A stretch of 64,000 nt of DNA from Pelagomonas calceolata (lineage: Eukaryota), in NCBI GenBank assembly GCA_918797485.1, contig CAKKNE010000001.1, positions 5,580,001 to 5,644,000 on the forward strand, read 5' to 3'. The position numbers and the translations under genes were made by a program. A model generated the notes under the pieces. The model saw only the letters and a program-made list of their open reading frames with translations. It was not told the DNA's origin and searched no databases. Shown here in pieces: positions 10,035-21,253 of this stretch. Each line of letters begins with the position of its first letter. Positions within the stretch are counted from its first letter, which is position 1.

Positions 10035-10955
10035 ATGGGAAATAGGAGGCTTGGATCGCGCGCTCTCGCCCAGGTACAGAGGGCCAAGCGTGATCACAAG
10101 CGACGCCACGACACCGTCGACGCCTCGACGGTGGTGGCCGCCGCGCCGCGCGCGAGAAAGCGCGCGAGAAGATTGGCACAAAAAGACGCCGTCGAGGAGA
10201 CGGTGCAAGCCGCCGATCTAGAATCGCAGCTGAACCTCGCCAAGTGGGTGGACCGCGGCATTCCTTTAAAGACGCTGGAAGAGGTGATAGACCCGGAGTC
10301 CGAGGAGGAGTTCGCCCTGCTCGCGGCCGCGCTGCGGAGCGGTAAGCCGCTCGCCAAGTTCAGAGAGCAGGTCGAAAGGTCTCGCCGGCGCGTCGAGCGG
10401 GACAAGAAGCTGCGCGCGGCCGGCGCCGCGCTGAGGGACAAAGACGGCTTCTCGACGACGTATGTTCAGCGGGTATTGAATGCAGCTGGTGGAGTCACGT
10501 TGCGGGAGATGAAGGTCGTGCAGACGGGCGCGCAAGCTCGAGCGAAGCGAAAGCGCGACCGCGCCGTCGCAGCGCGCCCGGCCAACCTGCGGCCGTCCTA
10601 CGAGACACAGACGGCGGCGCCGGGCAACAACCCCAGCATTAAATCTCGAAAGGGGGATCGGAGCGGCGGCGTGCGCCTGCACCCGGAGACGAAGCGGCCG
10701 CAGGCCGAGATCAACGCCCAGGCGCAGCGCGTCACAGGACCTTACGCTCGGGGCACGTACCAGATGAAGATCCCGAAGAGTCTGTTCAGCAACAAAGCCC
10801 TCGCTCGCATGGGCTTCCGGCCGACGAAGAAGCCGAAGCGGCTCTTCTCCTTCAGCGGCCCCACCGCGAAGGACGACGCGCGGGCCTTCGACAAGAAGCT
10901 GATGGGGTGGCTCAAGAAGTGGAAGAAAGGGGTCGGGTCGCCGCCGCAGCCTTAG
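10035..10955 (+). CDS. Hypothetical basic protein
   Basis: Long Lys/Arg-rich ORF with GC3-biased codons; start uncertain; no family recognised. Confidence 0.5.
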   Translation: MGNRRLGSRALAQVQRAKRDHKRRHDTVDASTVVAAAPRARKRARRLAQKDAVEETVQAADLESQLNLAKWVDRGIPLKTLEEVIDPESEEEFALLAAALRSGKPLAKFREQVERSRRRVERDKKLRAAGAALRDKDGFSTTYVQRVLNAAGGVTLREMKVVQTGAQARAKRKRDRAVAARPANLRPSYETQTAAPGNNPSIKSRKGDRSGGVRLHPETKRPQAEINAQAQRVTGPYARGTYQMKIPKSLFSNKALARMGFRPTKKPKRLFSFSGPTAKDDARAFDKKLMGWLKKWKKGVGSPPQP

Positions 10956-12563
10956 TCGGCGCGACCGGGGCGCGTAATGTGTTATGCACGTGATCTCGAA
11001 GGGGGAGCGCGTCCACATCGCCGAAGGATCTCCGCCGCAGACGCCGTCAAGAAGTAGAATCGCCCCGTCTAGTAACCGAGGCCACGGGGCCTCGGGCGCG
11101 CATCCGGCGAGGCCTCGGATACGTCGGATGGCTAGATGGCTACGATAACAACATTGATTATGGGCCTAAGGACGCCCCGACCGCGTCCTCACGCCTCGCT
11201 TGCACGAACCCCAGCATCGCCGGTCCGTCGAGGCGCGCGGCGACGGCGTGGCGCCACGGAAGCCGCGAGGCGGGCCGGCGAGACGGGCACGCGGGGCGAA
11301 GGGATGCGACGCGGACGGACGTAGGCCGATACATTCGGCGCCTTCTCTCTCATAAAACCGTTTCCGCAAGCGCTCCGACTCCGTCCACGGCTCAACAGCC
11401 CGAGCCGTAGATAAAACGCAACCACACGTTTCACGAAGCGCGATCTGCTGGCAGTGGGCGCGGACGCCTTCCGAGGCAGCCGCGCAACGCGTATTGTTCT
11501 GAGAGTTGAGCGTATCGAGAACGTCGCGGCCGCGCGCCCGTGCGGATGCCGCCGCACGACGACGATTCAGACGCATGATAGCGGTCAAGCTCAAGCTGCA
11601 AGGAGACGAAGGACGCAAGCGCCGTGCGCCGCGCTCGAACCACAACTACTCCAAATAAGCTTTTGCAGGCGCGAGGCGCCGCGCCGACTCGCCTCCCGCC
11701 GCCGCACGCGTTCTAGAGATAGTACGACACCTCGTCGCGCGTCGATGGCGCGCGGCCCTGGCGCTCGCGATGGCGAGGAGCCAGGCTTGGAATGGCACTC
11801 CAACTCGAAGGCGTGGGCGTCGACGGCCGTGGGCGTGCTTCCTGCCCTACGCGGCGTCTCGCATGCAAGAGGCTGCAGGAGGACGCCGCAGGCAGCCCCC
11901 GGACCCGGCGCCTCCGGAAATCCGGGGAGCCTGGAAGCTTGAGGGCAAGGTCGGCTGCACCTCAGCCGGCGCAGGCCGTTTTTTTTCGGATAATCCGTAC
12001 GAAATGCCTTCAAGACTCTTAGTTCGGGTTCCTGAGAGGCAAACATTGACTTGGATTCGACTCGCAGCTCCCCGGCGTCCGCAGACTTGTCATCCAACTC
12101 TCCAAAACACACACTCGCTCCCTAGCTAGTTGCGGTGGTTAGCTAACACATGGCAGCTCCACAGCTTCTGAACAGCTCGTAACGAGCGGAAACTGAGCAT
12201 GTGCCGCGCGATTTGGTATCTTCCCAGCTCACGCCCGCGTGCAGCGAGCCTGCCACCCCAAACGCTTCAGGACGCCCCGAAGCAGTGCCTGCAAGGCGTG
12301 GCCGGCGGGGCGCTGCGCTGCGACGGCGTGAGGCGACGAAACCGTCTCACTCCGTGATCCGCGACGACGCGCGGCTCGGGCGCCTAGCCAGGCCCTCTAC
12401 CCACCTGGAGCCTGTGCGAGGGACCCCACACCAGCGATGGAGGACTGCGGGGCAAAAACGGCCGCGATTCCGCGACGGCGGGCTCGAGTGTGTTTTGGCG
12501 CATAGGCGGCCGTTCGACGAGCTCTCCGTCAACCCCCTCAGCAGCCAGTTCTCGCAGACAATC

Positions 12564-13278
12564 ATGCCCGAGGTCGCGAGCATCAAGGTCGTCCTCGACA
12601 CGTCGCTCCAAGGGGCCAACACGATGTTCGGCGAAGCCTGCGAGTACGGCCTCAACACGGGCGACGTGATCCAGTCGACGGACTTCGGCAAAATGGTGCC
12701 GCTGTGCGTCACCAAGCCGGGTGACCTGAAGTTCGACAACGACATCTTATCCTGCTGCAAAAAACAGTGGAGCCAGATCGAGCACAAGCTCGAGGACGGC
12801 GTCCTGGGCGTCATGGCCTCCCTCCCCATCAGCACGCTCTTCGACGACGGCGTCGAGCTCATCCTCGCGGCCGACGGCGCGCCCAAGGAGGGCACGGTCA
12901 CCTTCAAGAAGTTGATGCGGTCCATCGGACCCGTGACGGCCGTCGCCTGCACGCGCGCAGCGTCCCCTCGACCTCATCGCGTTGTCGTAGGTGTCCGGGT
13001 GGCGCCACTCACTCTGCCACGTGTTACGCGCAGGCGTGCTCCGCGCCAAGGGCCAGCACGAGGAGATCATCGACTCCTCGCTCCGCGAGTGCAAGGAGCG
13101 CCGCGCGCTCAAGAAGGCCGCCGTCGCGCAGCGCGAGCACGAGAACGTCACGGCGGCCGGGAGCAGCGAGGACGCGGCGGCGGGCGCCGGGCACTGGGCG
13201 CAGGTCAGCGAGCCGGCGGCGAAGAAGGCGCGGTCGTGCACGTGCAACCGCCGGCCGTGCGTCTGCCGCGTCGACTGA
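12564..13278 (+). CDS. Hypothetical protein, 2 exons (12564-12954, 13034-13278; GC-AG intron)
   Basis: Removing 12955-13033 (GC...CGCGCAG) joins ...VACT-R-VLRAKGQHEEII... in frame. Confidence 0.6.
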
Positions 13279-13337
13279 GGGTGTAGTCTTCGGGCGCGGC
13301 TAAGTATAGAGTAGGTCTATGAAACCTGAGGAGTATT

Positions 13338-13354
13338 CTAGTGTCTTACAGGCC
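13338..13354 (+). promoter_or_regulatory. Partial conserved intergenic motif (CTAGTGTCTTACAGGCC)
   Basis: 17-nt exact match to the motif core; atypically lies between convergent genes. Confidence 0.5.
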
Positions 13355-13427
13355 ATCGATGCGACCAGTGGGGACTACTAAGACTCTAGTAAGAGACTTC
13401 GGTATTTATAAGTGCGGGACACGCGAA

Positions 13428-15038
13428 CTAAGCGGCGACCTTCTCGTCGGGCTTCGTCGCCTCCTCCCAAGATTGTTCGTCGTGCTTCTCGCTGAGTAAC
13501 TTGACGGGCTCCTCGCCGCGCACGGCCAGTTCGTCCACCAGAACCGTGGCCACATCGTCATCCGGGGCCTGGAACATGGCCTCCAAGAGCATCGATTCCA
13601 AGATGTTCCGCAAGGCTCTAGCTCCGGTCCGCTTCTTGATCGCCAACCGAGCCACTTCCGAGATGGCGTCCCGCGTGACCACAAAGTCCGCATCATTCAA
13701 CGCAAACAAGTATCTATACTGCTTTAAGAGAGCGTTCTTCGGCTCCGTCAGGACCTGTTTCAACTCACCTTCCGTCAACCGCTTTGTGGTAGTGATGATT
13801 GGGAACCGTCCAACAAACTCGGGGATCAACCCGTACCTCACCAAATCCGACGGCTCCGCCCGTGACATGACTTCGTCGAACGCTTGGTCCGCCCGATGGT
13901 CATCATTACTCTTCTCCCTAAAATCATGATCTAACTCGCTCCTCCGTAAAGGTGCTTCGAACCCTATGGAGGCTCTCTGAACTCGTCGAGATACGATCTG
14001 CTCCAGGCCATCGAAGGCCCCGCCACAAATGAACAAAATATGCGACGTGTCGATGGTCAGCGCGTCGCGATCGCGAGGATTCTTCCTCGCACCATCCTTC
14101 GGAACGGTAACAGTAGTACCTTCGCAGATCTTGAGCAATGCTTGTTGGACGCCTTCCCCGGAAACATCTCGCGTGATGGAGACGTTCTCGCCACCTTTCC
14201 TTGAAACCTTGTCTATTTCATCGATATACACAATGCCGCGCTCCGCCCTCGCGACGTCCGAACCCGCTTCTCTGTAGAGTTTGTAGAGTATTGATTCGAC
14301 GTCATCTCCCACATAACCAGCTTGCGTTAACGACGTCGCATCCACGATCGCAAGCGGCGCGTCGACCAATTTGGCTAGGGTCTTGGCCATGAGCGTTTTA
14401 CCACTCCCTGTGGGGCCTAACAGGAGCACGTTGGACTTGTCCAGCTCCACGGCCTCCACGTCTAGTGATTTTTCGCTTGTCTGTTCCTCCTCTTGCGTCC
14501 CGGACAGCTGCGCGAGGTTGTGCAAACTCAATGGTTTTTCGAGGTGGTCGTCGGGGAGTAGTTGCTCGATCTCCTTGGGCTTGTGCTTCGCCTCCCGCTC
14601 CTTGGCGACGGCGAGGCGCTGGTAGTGGTTGTGCACGGCGACGCTCAAAGCCATCTTGACCGATCTTTGTCCTATAGCATGTTCTTCCAACCCGGCGAAG
14701 ATCTGGCGCGGCGTGGGGACGTGCTGCTTTGGGGCTTCTTGAGGCTGGTCCGGCTCCTCCACCAACCGATGTTCGCTCGCCACGAACCATCCCGAACAGA
14801 CCGAACAGTAGAAGGCCGAGTCTTCTTCCTTGGTTGATGCTCTAGCAAATACTAAGGACATGCTGCCGCACTTCGGGCACTTCGAGCCGAGGTGGGCGCC
14901 TCCATTTCCACCGTGCGAGGAGCTGCGGCGGACCTGCCGCGCCGTCGTCGCCAGCACTGGTAACGTGGTGAGCCGCGGCGTGCCGAAGCGGCGCGCGCAC
15001 GTCGCGAGGCGGCGCGAGCTTGCTCTGATGTTGCGCAT
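13428..15038 (-). CDS. clpX: Mitochondrial ATP-dependent Clp protease ATP-binding subunit ClpX
   Basis: [45 protein letters not shown] loop and GARALR; N-terminal transit peptide. Confidence 0.95.
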   Translation of the reverse strand: MRNIRASSRRLATCARRFGTPRLTTLPVLATTARQVRRSSSHGGNGGAHLGSKCPKCGSMSLVFARASTKEEDSAFYCSVCSGWFVASEHRLVEEPDQPQEAPKQHVPTPRQIFAGLEEHAIGQRSVKMALSVAVHNHYQRLAVAKEREAKHKPKEIEQLLPDDHLEKPLSLHNLAQLSGTQEEEQTSEKSLDVEAVELDKSNVLLLGPTGSGKTLMAKTLAKLVDAPLAIVDATSLTQAGYVGDDVESILYKLYREAGSDVARAERGIVYIDEIDKVSRKGGENVSITRDVSGEGVQQALLKICEGTTVTVPKDGARKNPRDRDALTIDTSHILFICGGAFDGLEQIVSRRVQRASIGFEAPLRRSELDHDFREKSNDDHRADQAFDEVMSRAEPSDLVRYGLIPEFVGRFPIITTTKRLTEGELKQVLTEPKNALLKQYRYLFALNDADFVVTRDAISEVARLAIKKRTGARALRNILESMLLEAMFQAPDDDVATVLVDELAVRGEEPVKLLSEKHDEQSWEEATKPDEKVAA

Positions 15039-15617
15039 TGTTAGTTGCGTACCGTGTACACTATGGAGCGAGTAGAATCACCAGACAGCGGCCCGAGAGG
15101 CGCAACACGCACTTGTAGCAGTTTTTTCGTATGGCCTGTCCTCTTCAACGCCGGCACGTGGCTGCACGAAGTTTTGCGAGGGCCTTGAAATCGTTTAGTA
15201 GACACGTTTGCAGCGATCGAACGCGTGTGGGCTCGATCCGACAGCTCACACGTTGGGTCGGAGCACTTTGCTGAAGGTAGTGACAAGTGCGTTTATTCAC
15301 GCTGCCCGCGCCCGCCAAAAGGTCCGAAATGCACGCGACTCGTCCCGTGAGAGCTCCAAAGACCTCTCATTTTTGAATTTTTCGCTAAAGTTCATAAAAC
15401 GGGTTTTTCCACGACTGTGAATCGGGCTTTTTTCAGCGCGCAAGGCCTTAGAACTTGGTTTCGCGCTTTTTGGCAATCCCGCAGTGCCTACTTTCGGCAT
15501 CAATCAAAACCGGGCGTTCTGGGAGCCGTGAGGGGCCCTGCTAAGGCTGAGGCTTTGCACTGCGCGCAGAGCAACGCGGCCGACGCGCAGCACCAACACA
15601 AACACAAAAAAGCGTGA

Positions 15618-16253
15618 ATGGGAGAAGCCCACCGCGCCTTCACGAGCATGGATCGAGTGTTACAAAGAACAACAACAAATTCAGACAACAAGGTGTCGAA
15701 ACTCATCGACCAGCTCAAAGCGAGGACCGACGAGTTCACGGCCGCGACGAACAAGACCATGAACGCGATCAACCCGACCGAAACTTTGGTAGCGCGCATG
15801 CGCGCGTATGGGACTGCCGTCTCCGTCGGCGTCTTTATTGGAGCCGCGGTGACGGCCGGCGTGCTGGCCGGGCTGGCGTCTTTAGCCGCTATGAGAGCAC
15901 CCCAACTGAAGGAAGCGCGCGAGGAGGCGAAACGGATATTTAAGAAGTTCACCGCCGGCGGGCCGTCGCCGCCCCCGGAGGACACTCACCTAGAAGAGCG
16001 CGTCGGTGACATGGAGCGGAGGCTCGGCGAGACGCGCGTCACGCTCCAGGAGCGCGTCACGGCCGTCGAGGCCATGGAGACCACCGGCCGCCAGGCCCTC
16101 GAGGCCCGGGTGCTGGAGCTCGAGATGCGCGTGCCGAACTTGGTAGCCTTGCAGGAGCGCATCGACAACGTCGAGCTGAGCATCGCGCGGCTCGCAGCGA
16201 TCGAGGAGCAGGTCGCGAGCGGCTCCAAGCTCTCATCACGTAGAATGTCATAA
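15618..16253 (+). CDS. Hypothetical membrane/coiled-coil protein
   Basis: Hydrophobic segment AVSVGVFIGAAVTAGVLAGLASLAAM followed by a heptad-rich tail. Confidence 0.6.
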   Translation: MGEAHRAFTSMDRVLQRTTTNSDNKVSKLIDQLKARTDEFTAATNKTMNAINPTETLVARMRAYGTAVSVGVFIGAAVTAGVLAGLASLAAMRAPQLKEAREEAKRIFKKFTAGGPSPPPEDTHLEERVGDMERRLGETRVTLQERVTAVEAMETTGRQALEARVLELEMRVPNLVALQERIDNVELSIARLAAIEEQVASGSKLSSRRMS

Positions 16254-16318
16254 CGAGAAGTGTTTTTAACGTGCGCGGGGGGAGAGATGTCGCGACAAGC
16301 GCGACAAGGGAAGAGGAC

Positions 16319-17468
16319 CTAGTAGCCGCCGCCGCCGTAGCCGCCGCCGCCACCACCACTAGGAGCGTTCGGGCAGTCTCTTGAAATATGCCCGGGCTGG
16401 CCGCAGTTGTAGCAGAGGCGGTCGCCGCCGCCGCCGCCGCCGCCGTTCGGCGCGTTGGGGCAGTCTCTGGAGATATGCCCCGTCTGGCCGCAGTTGTAGC
16501 AGGCCCGGTCGGAGGACCGGCCGCCTCCAAAGGACGCGAAGGCGTCGTCGCGCGACCCGGCGTTCGGGCAGTCCCGCGATATGTGGCCTAATTGCCCGCA
16601 GTTGTAGCACTCCTTCTGGGAGCCGCCGCCGAACGACGCGAACGCGTCGTCGCGCTCGCGGCGCTGGCCGGACGGCGGGTTCGGGCAGTCCCTACTAATG
16701 TGGCCCGGCTGGCCGCAGTTGTAGCACGTCCTTCCGCCACCACCGCCCCCAAACGACGCGAAGGCGTCGTCGTCCTGGGAATTTCTTCGATCTCTGGTGG
16801 CATTGGTCCGCCCTTCCGAGACCCTCGTCCGGTAGGCCTCCTTGGCCTTCTTCGCCGCCTCGCTCTCCATCGTGCCGACCTTCACGCGCTGCACGTCGGC
16901 CGGCAGGAAGGTCTTCATGGCCGACTGGACGTGGTCGACCCAGCCCTCGCCCTCCGTGGCGTTTCTGATAATCACCTCCAATTCCCGCGCGTTCTTGCAG
17001 GCGAGGACCTTGGCGCCGTCGAGCTTGGCGCCTTCGAAGATCTTGACGAGCTTGGCTTCGCGGTCTTCGCGGATGAAGGCGGGCGTCGCCCGCAATTTGC
17101 CCGCCGCGACCATGGTATCACAACACTTCGCCGCGAGCTCGGCGCTCGTCCACTTCTCGTCGCAGGCGTTTTCTACAACAGGAGCGTCGCTCGTCGTCTT
17201 GACGATCTTGATCTCCGGCTTTTTCGGGGCTTCCTCTAGGGTAGTGTCGGCGACGGCTTGTGTGGCGTCGGCGACGGCGGCGTCCGTGGCCTGCGTTGCG
17301 TTGTAAGGGTTACGACGGCGGCGCGGTGACGTGCTCTCTGGTCCACGTCTGCTGTTCTCATGTTTTGGCTCTCCCTACTGTTTTGGCTCTCCCTATCTCT
17401 CTCTCGCATAAGGGTGGGCGTCGTTCACTACACTGCAAGATCACGGCGTTCTCGACGACTGCAGCCAT
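16319..17468 (-). CDS. CNBP/Gis2-like CCHC zinc-knuckle nucleic acid-binding protein (probable exons 17445-17468 and 16319-17290)
   Basis: Four CYNCGQxGHISRDC knuckles with DDAFASFGGG linkers. The frame stays open upstream of 17113 to an acceptor at 17291; a GT-AG intron 17291-17444 joins MAAVVENA in phase 0. Confidence 0.8.
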
Positions 17469-17785
17469 TTTCGTAGCAAACGTCCAGTTGTGCGGCTCTC
17501 ACCCAGCGTTTTTGCAAGCGCTTCCGCCTCGCTCATGAGCTGCCCAGCCTCCGCGAAACGCCCATCGACGCCTCTAAGCAAGCTTGCATACGCCGTTGAC
17601 GTGTCCGCGCGTGCATTTCACGCCTGTTTCAGCTACCGTTTCACAAACGCACTAGAGAGAGCAAAAACTCGACCGACATCGTAGCCTTGTTGCCTGCTGC
17701 ATACGGCACGCCCGACAAGCAGCGCTCGCTGTAGTGCCGCATCCGTGCTCGGACAGCACTGCCGAACTGCAAAACCAATTGCAAC

Positions 17786-19062
17786 ATGTCTGGAATGGGA
17801 GGCTCCCCCTTCGGCAGCGCCCACCAGGATGTCCTGGGCCAGACGCCGACGGATCCTGAATCTAAACAAAGATTGGTCGACGAGATCAAGGACCGGGCGA
17901 GAAAAGCGTTCGCGCGACGGGACATGCCCGTCTGCGAGGCTCTTTATTCGAAAGCTTTGAAGGTGTTACCCGACGCTCCTTTATATTCCAATAGATCCGC
18001 GGTGCGACTGGCCCTTGGACGCTTCGACGACGCCTTCGAGGACGCGACGAAAGCGACACAAACGGACAGTAGTTATGCCAAGGGCTACTATCGACTCGGG
18101 CAGGCGGGCGAGAAGTGCGGGAAATTCTCAGAGGCCCAGAAAGCGTACGAGAAGGGCAAAGAGCTCGAGCCCGAGTCCAAGGTCTGGCCCTCGTCCCTCC
18201 TAAAGCTGGAGAAGGCCAAACAAGCCTACGAGGCCAAGCCGAAGAAGAAGGCCGAGACCGCGCCTGATTTGTTAGCACCGAGAACCGCCCAGCCCATCCC
18301 GGAGAAGGGGAAGGAGAACGCGCGGAAGAGCGGTGCCGCGCCCGCGTCGGAATCACGCCGCGCGTCGACGGCGTGGAGGCGGCCGCACGCCATCGCCGCG
18401 ACGACAATTGACGCGACCGCGACGCAGGCGACACGTCCATGCGCGGCTATAAAGTAGACTCGCAAGGCCGCAAGACGACCTTCTTCAACAATGAACTTGA
18501 TGATAAGACCAAGGCGTTGATAGGAGATATTGCGCCCAAGAAAGTGTCAGCACCGACCCAGATGAAGGTCGACGCCGGGGCTTCTTCGTGGAACCAGGCC
18601 GGCACCTTCGAGAGCAAGGACCACACGAAGTGGATGCGGGCTTGGTTGGAATCCAAGTTCCGGGATTTTATGGTCGACCTGCCTGACCGGAAGGTCGGTG
18701 CTCTGACGGTGCCCTGCTACCTCACGGTAAAAAAAATCAAAGATATAAAAGGAGACGCGTCGACGGCCCAAGCGCGGGGCAAGAAGAAGTGGGTCCTGGA
18801 CGTGTCCTTCGTTCTAGATTGGGAGTTTCCCCTCGATGATGCTGGAGCGGTCGCGAAGGGGTCGATGACATTTCCGGATGTTTCGTGCGACGTCGTGGAC
18901 GACGAGGAGCCGCTGGAGTGGTCGCTGGACGTCGATCCGCTCACGCCTCAAACCGCGATCCCGCTGATCACGTCGCACTTGCAGTCTGATGATAAAGGTT
19001 TGCGGCCGGCGGTCTACGACGCGTGTGCGGAGCTGGTCAAGGAGTTCCGGGCGACGAAGTAG
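17786..19062 (+). CDS. TPR + Aha1 N-terminal-like Hsp90 co-chaperone, 2 exons (intron 18333-18427)
   Basis: TPRs (YSNRSA, AKGYYRLG), then SSWNQAGTFESKD and ARGKKKW of Aha1_N; the GT-AG intron restores the frame (KS-G-DTSMRGYK). Confidence 0.85.
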
Positions 19063-19087
19063 GTGTTTTTACTAAATTATTGGTCTA

Positions 19088-20011
19088 TTAGGGCGTCTCG
19101 CGGGCGAGCGCGGCTCGCGCAGCTCGCAAATCGCTCTCCATCTTTACTGTGAGCGGGTGCGCGCCGCCAAAAACGCGCCGCGCGATCCGTTCCGTTTCCT
19201 CGAGCATCGTCATGGCCTCGCGGAGATCGTCGAACGTGGCGCTGGTGTCGAGGCAGAGCGCCACCGCGTAAATCCACCGCATCTTGAGCGTGATTCTATC
19301 ATTCTCGCCGAGAACGCGTCGCATAACGGGTAGCGTTCTGCGCAGCAGCGGCTTGACTTCTTCGAAGCGATGTAGTCCTTTTAGATTCAGCGCGTAGTTG
19401 AAGGCTGCCCAGAGGGTCCCCTCATCTTCTCCGCCCTTGAGCTCCAAATATCCAGAGTATACCTCTTGCCGCATGCGCAAGGTCTCTTCAAGCCGTCCAA
19501 GTCTATGATACGAGTTCGCAATATTGCCCTGCGCGTCGAGCATGCGTTCTTCCGATGCGCCAACACGCCGCAGAATAGCCAACTCTGTCTCTTTCACGGA
19601 CAACGCGTCCTCGTGTTGATTTGCTTCAGATAAGCCGTTCCCAAGCTGGCTTATCGCAAAGATCCGAGCCCGGTCTGTCTCCGGCCGCCCCAAATATGTC
19701 TTCCAGCACGCCCACCCGAGCGCGCACCGAACGACGCCGTGGTACTTCTGCTCACACAAGCTACACGCATACCACCGCCTCCACCTCGTTACCATCCTTT
19801 CGTCATCCAAATTATTCTCCTCGGCCTCCGCGAGCAAAATCTTCGCCTGCTCCGCCAGGCACGACACGTGGGCAAAGCCCGCCGTTCCGCGGCACGCATA
19901 CCCGCGCACGAGGCCCTCCTTTGTTTTCCAGTGGAGGGCCTGCGTGCAGATGTAGCACGTCTGGCCCTTCGTGTCCTCGGCGCACGCCTCGACCGCGACC
20001 GCGACGGCCTC
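19088..20011 (-). pseudogene. 5'-truncated member of a RINGv-like + TPR repeat family
   Basis: Frame is open to 20011 (EAVAVAVEACAEDTKGQTCYIC...YACRGTAGFAHVSCL) and preceded directly by TAG with no ATG start; kinesin-light-chain-type TPRs. A paralogous fragment lies at 35833. Confidence 0.55.
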
Positions 20012-20837
20012 CTAGCTCGGAGTCGTCGACGGCGTCGAGCTCTACCATCTTATTGAATGCTCGGTGGTGATGCAGCGTCCGCTTGCCTCGTCCGCCCCGT
20101 TTCGACCGCGCGTCACCCCTACGCATCTTCGTCCGTTGGAACCAGTCGCGACTCTGCATGGGGTAGTGATTCAAGGCGAACGCCGCTGACGCGAGCGACG
20201 CTTCGGTTTGATTCCGGTCGCGCACGGGCAGCATCGGCTGATTCCTCATGCGGTGGCGATGGACGCCCAGACTCTCCAGCGCTCTGATGCGCGCGAACGC
20301 CTTGCCGACTCCGAGTCCGAACCCTCGCAAGGGCGGGTTGTACGGCCGGCCGCCATAGCGCCGTCGCGTGGTAAAGCCGCAGACCGTCCCGTTTTTTGGC
20401 TGCCGCCGGTGTCCCGCGCTACCGAACTGCTTCCAGGCCACGAGAACGGAGTCTGCCGGGCCCGGGTCCAGAATCGCCCGGACGGCATCGGCGAGCGTGT
20501 CTCGGCGCGCGTACGCGTACTCGTCGACGTCGACGATGAGGACCCAGTCATCTGAGTATTCACTTCTAAGCGTCGGCAGCCATAGGTTGTAGTTCTCGAC
20601 TTGCCTATGCGCGTGTCCGCTGCGGACGCGCACGCGCGCACCGTAGGGCTCGACGGCTTGTCGCCAGCTATCCGTCGAGTTGTCGTCGACGAGTAGCATC
20701 GCGGCGACGCCCTCGTCCGTCAAGTAGTGGTCAAGCCATTGCGGGAGGCTTTCGGCCTCGTTCTTGAACTGCGCGACGATCACTAGTTTGGCGTTTTGTG
20801 CAGACGCCGCGGCGAGCGTCGCGAGGAGGCGCAGCAT
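19812..20837 (-). CDS. Glycosyltransferase (GT2-like/GT92-like) with signal peptide
   Basis: FKNEAESLPQWLDHY, LVDDNSTD, WVLIVDVDE and LNHY motifs; the last ~65 aa are an off-frame read of the TPR-family sequence. Confidence 0.75.
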   Translation of the reverse strand: MLRLLATLAAASAQNAKLVIVAQFKNEAESLPQWLDHYLTDEGVAAMLLVDDNSTDSWRQAVEPYGARVRVRSGHAHRQVENYNLWLPTLRSEYSDDWVLIVDVDEYAYARRDTLADAVRAILDPGPADSVLVAWKQFGSAGHRRQPKNGTVCGFTTRRRYGGRPYNPPLRGFGLGVGKAFARIRALESLGVHRHRMRNQPMLPVRDRNQTEASLASAAFALNHYPMQSRDWFQRTKMRRGDARSKRGGRGKRTLHHHRAFNKMVELDAVDDSELGGRRGRGRGVRRGHEGPDVLHLHAGPPLENKGGPRARVCVPRNGGLCPRVVPGGAGEDFARGGRGE

Positions 20838-21097
20838 CGTGGTTACGTACTAGAGGAGAGCCAAAGTGACAATAACGCGCCGACGATCATGACCACAAAA
20901 ATTCTGTTCAGTAACGTGCTGAGGAAGTCGGCCTCCTTACCCGGCTCTTTTAAATTATCATTTAGGTTTGTTTGTACCCTCTCATAGGTTTCCCTCTGGC
21001 CTCTGTGTAAGGCTCGCAGTTTCGACGCAGTCTTACGGGCCATTGTGTGCCTATTGGACTCAAGTCGGTCTGATCCGCCGCTATTTACGGCTAGTAT

Positions 21098-21125
21098 GCT
21101 AGCGTCATGTAAGATACTAGCAAGC
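21098..21125 (-). promoter_or_regulatory. Conserved intergenic motif copy (GCTAGCGTCATGTAAGATACTAGCAAGC)
   Basis: Near-consensus copy between divergent genes. Confidence 0.6.
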
Positions 21126-21253
21126 AGCCATGCGAAAGACTCAAGTACTGAAATCGTACCACACGCACCACAAGGTTACACGAAATTGAGAGCAGCTGTC
21201 CTCTGTGTATATCCGGTGCTGCACAGCATCGCTTACCTATGGAAATTGCATAG

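Noticed and set aside
16330..16780. Tandem nucleotide repeats resembling an array or retroviral gag
   Set aside because: They encode CNBP-like zinc knuckles; no protease, RT, integrase or LTRs nearby.
17361..17396. 18-bp tandem duplication TGTTTTGGCTCTCCCTA
   Set aside because: Simple local slippage inside a predicted intron.
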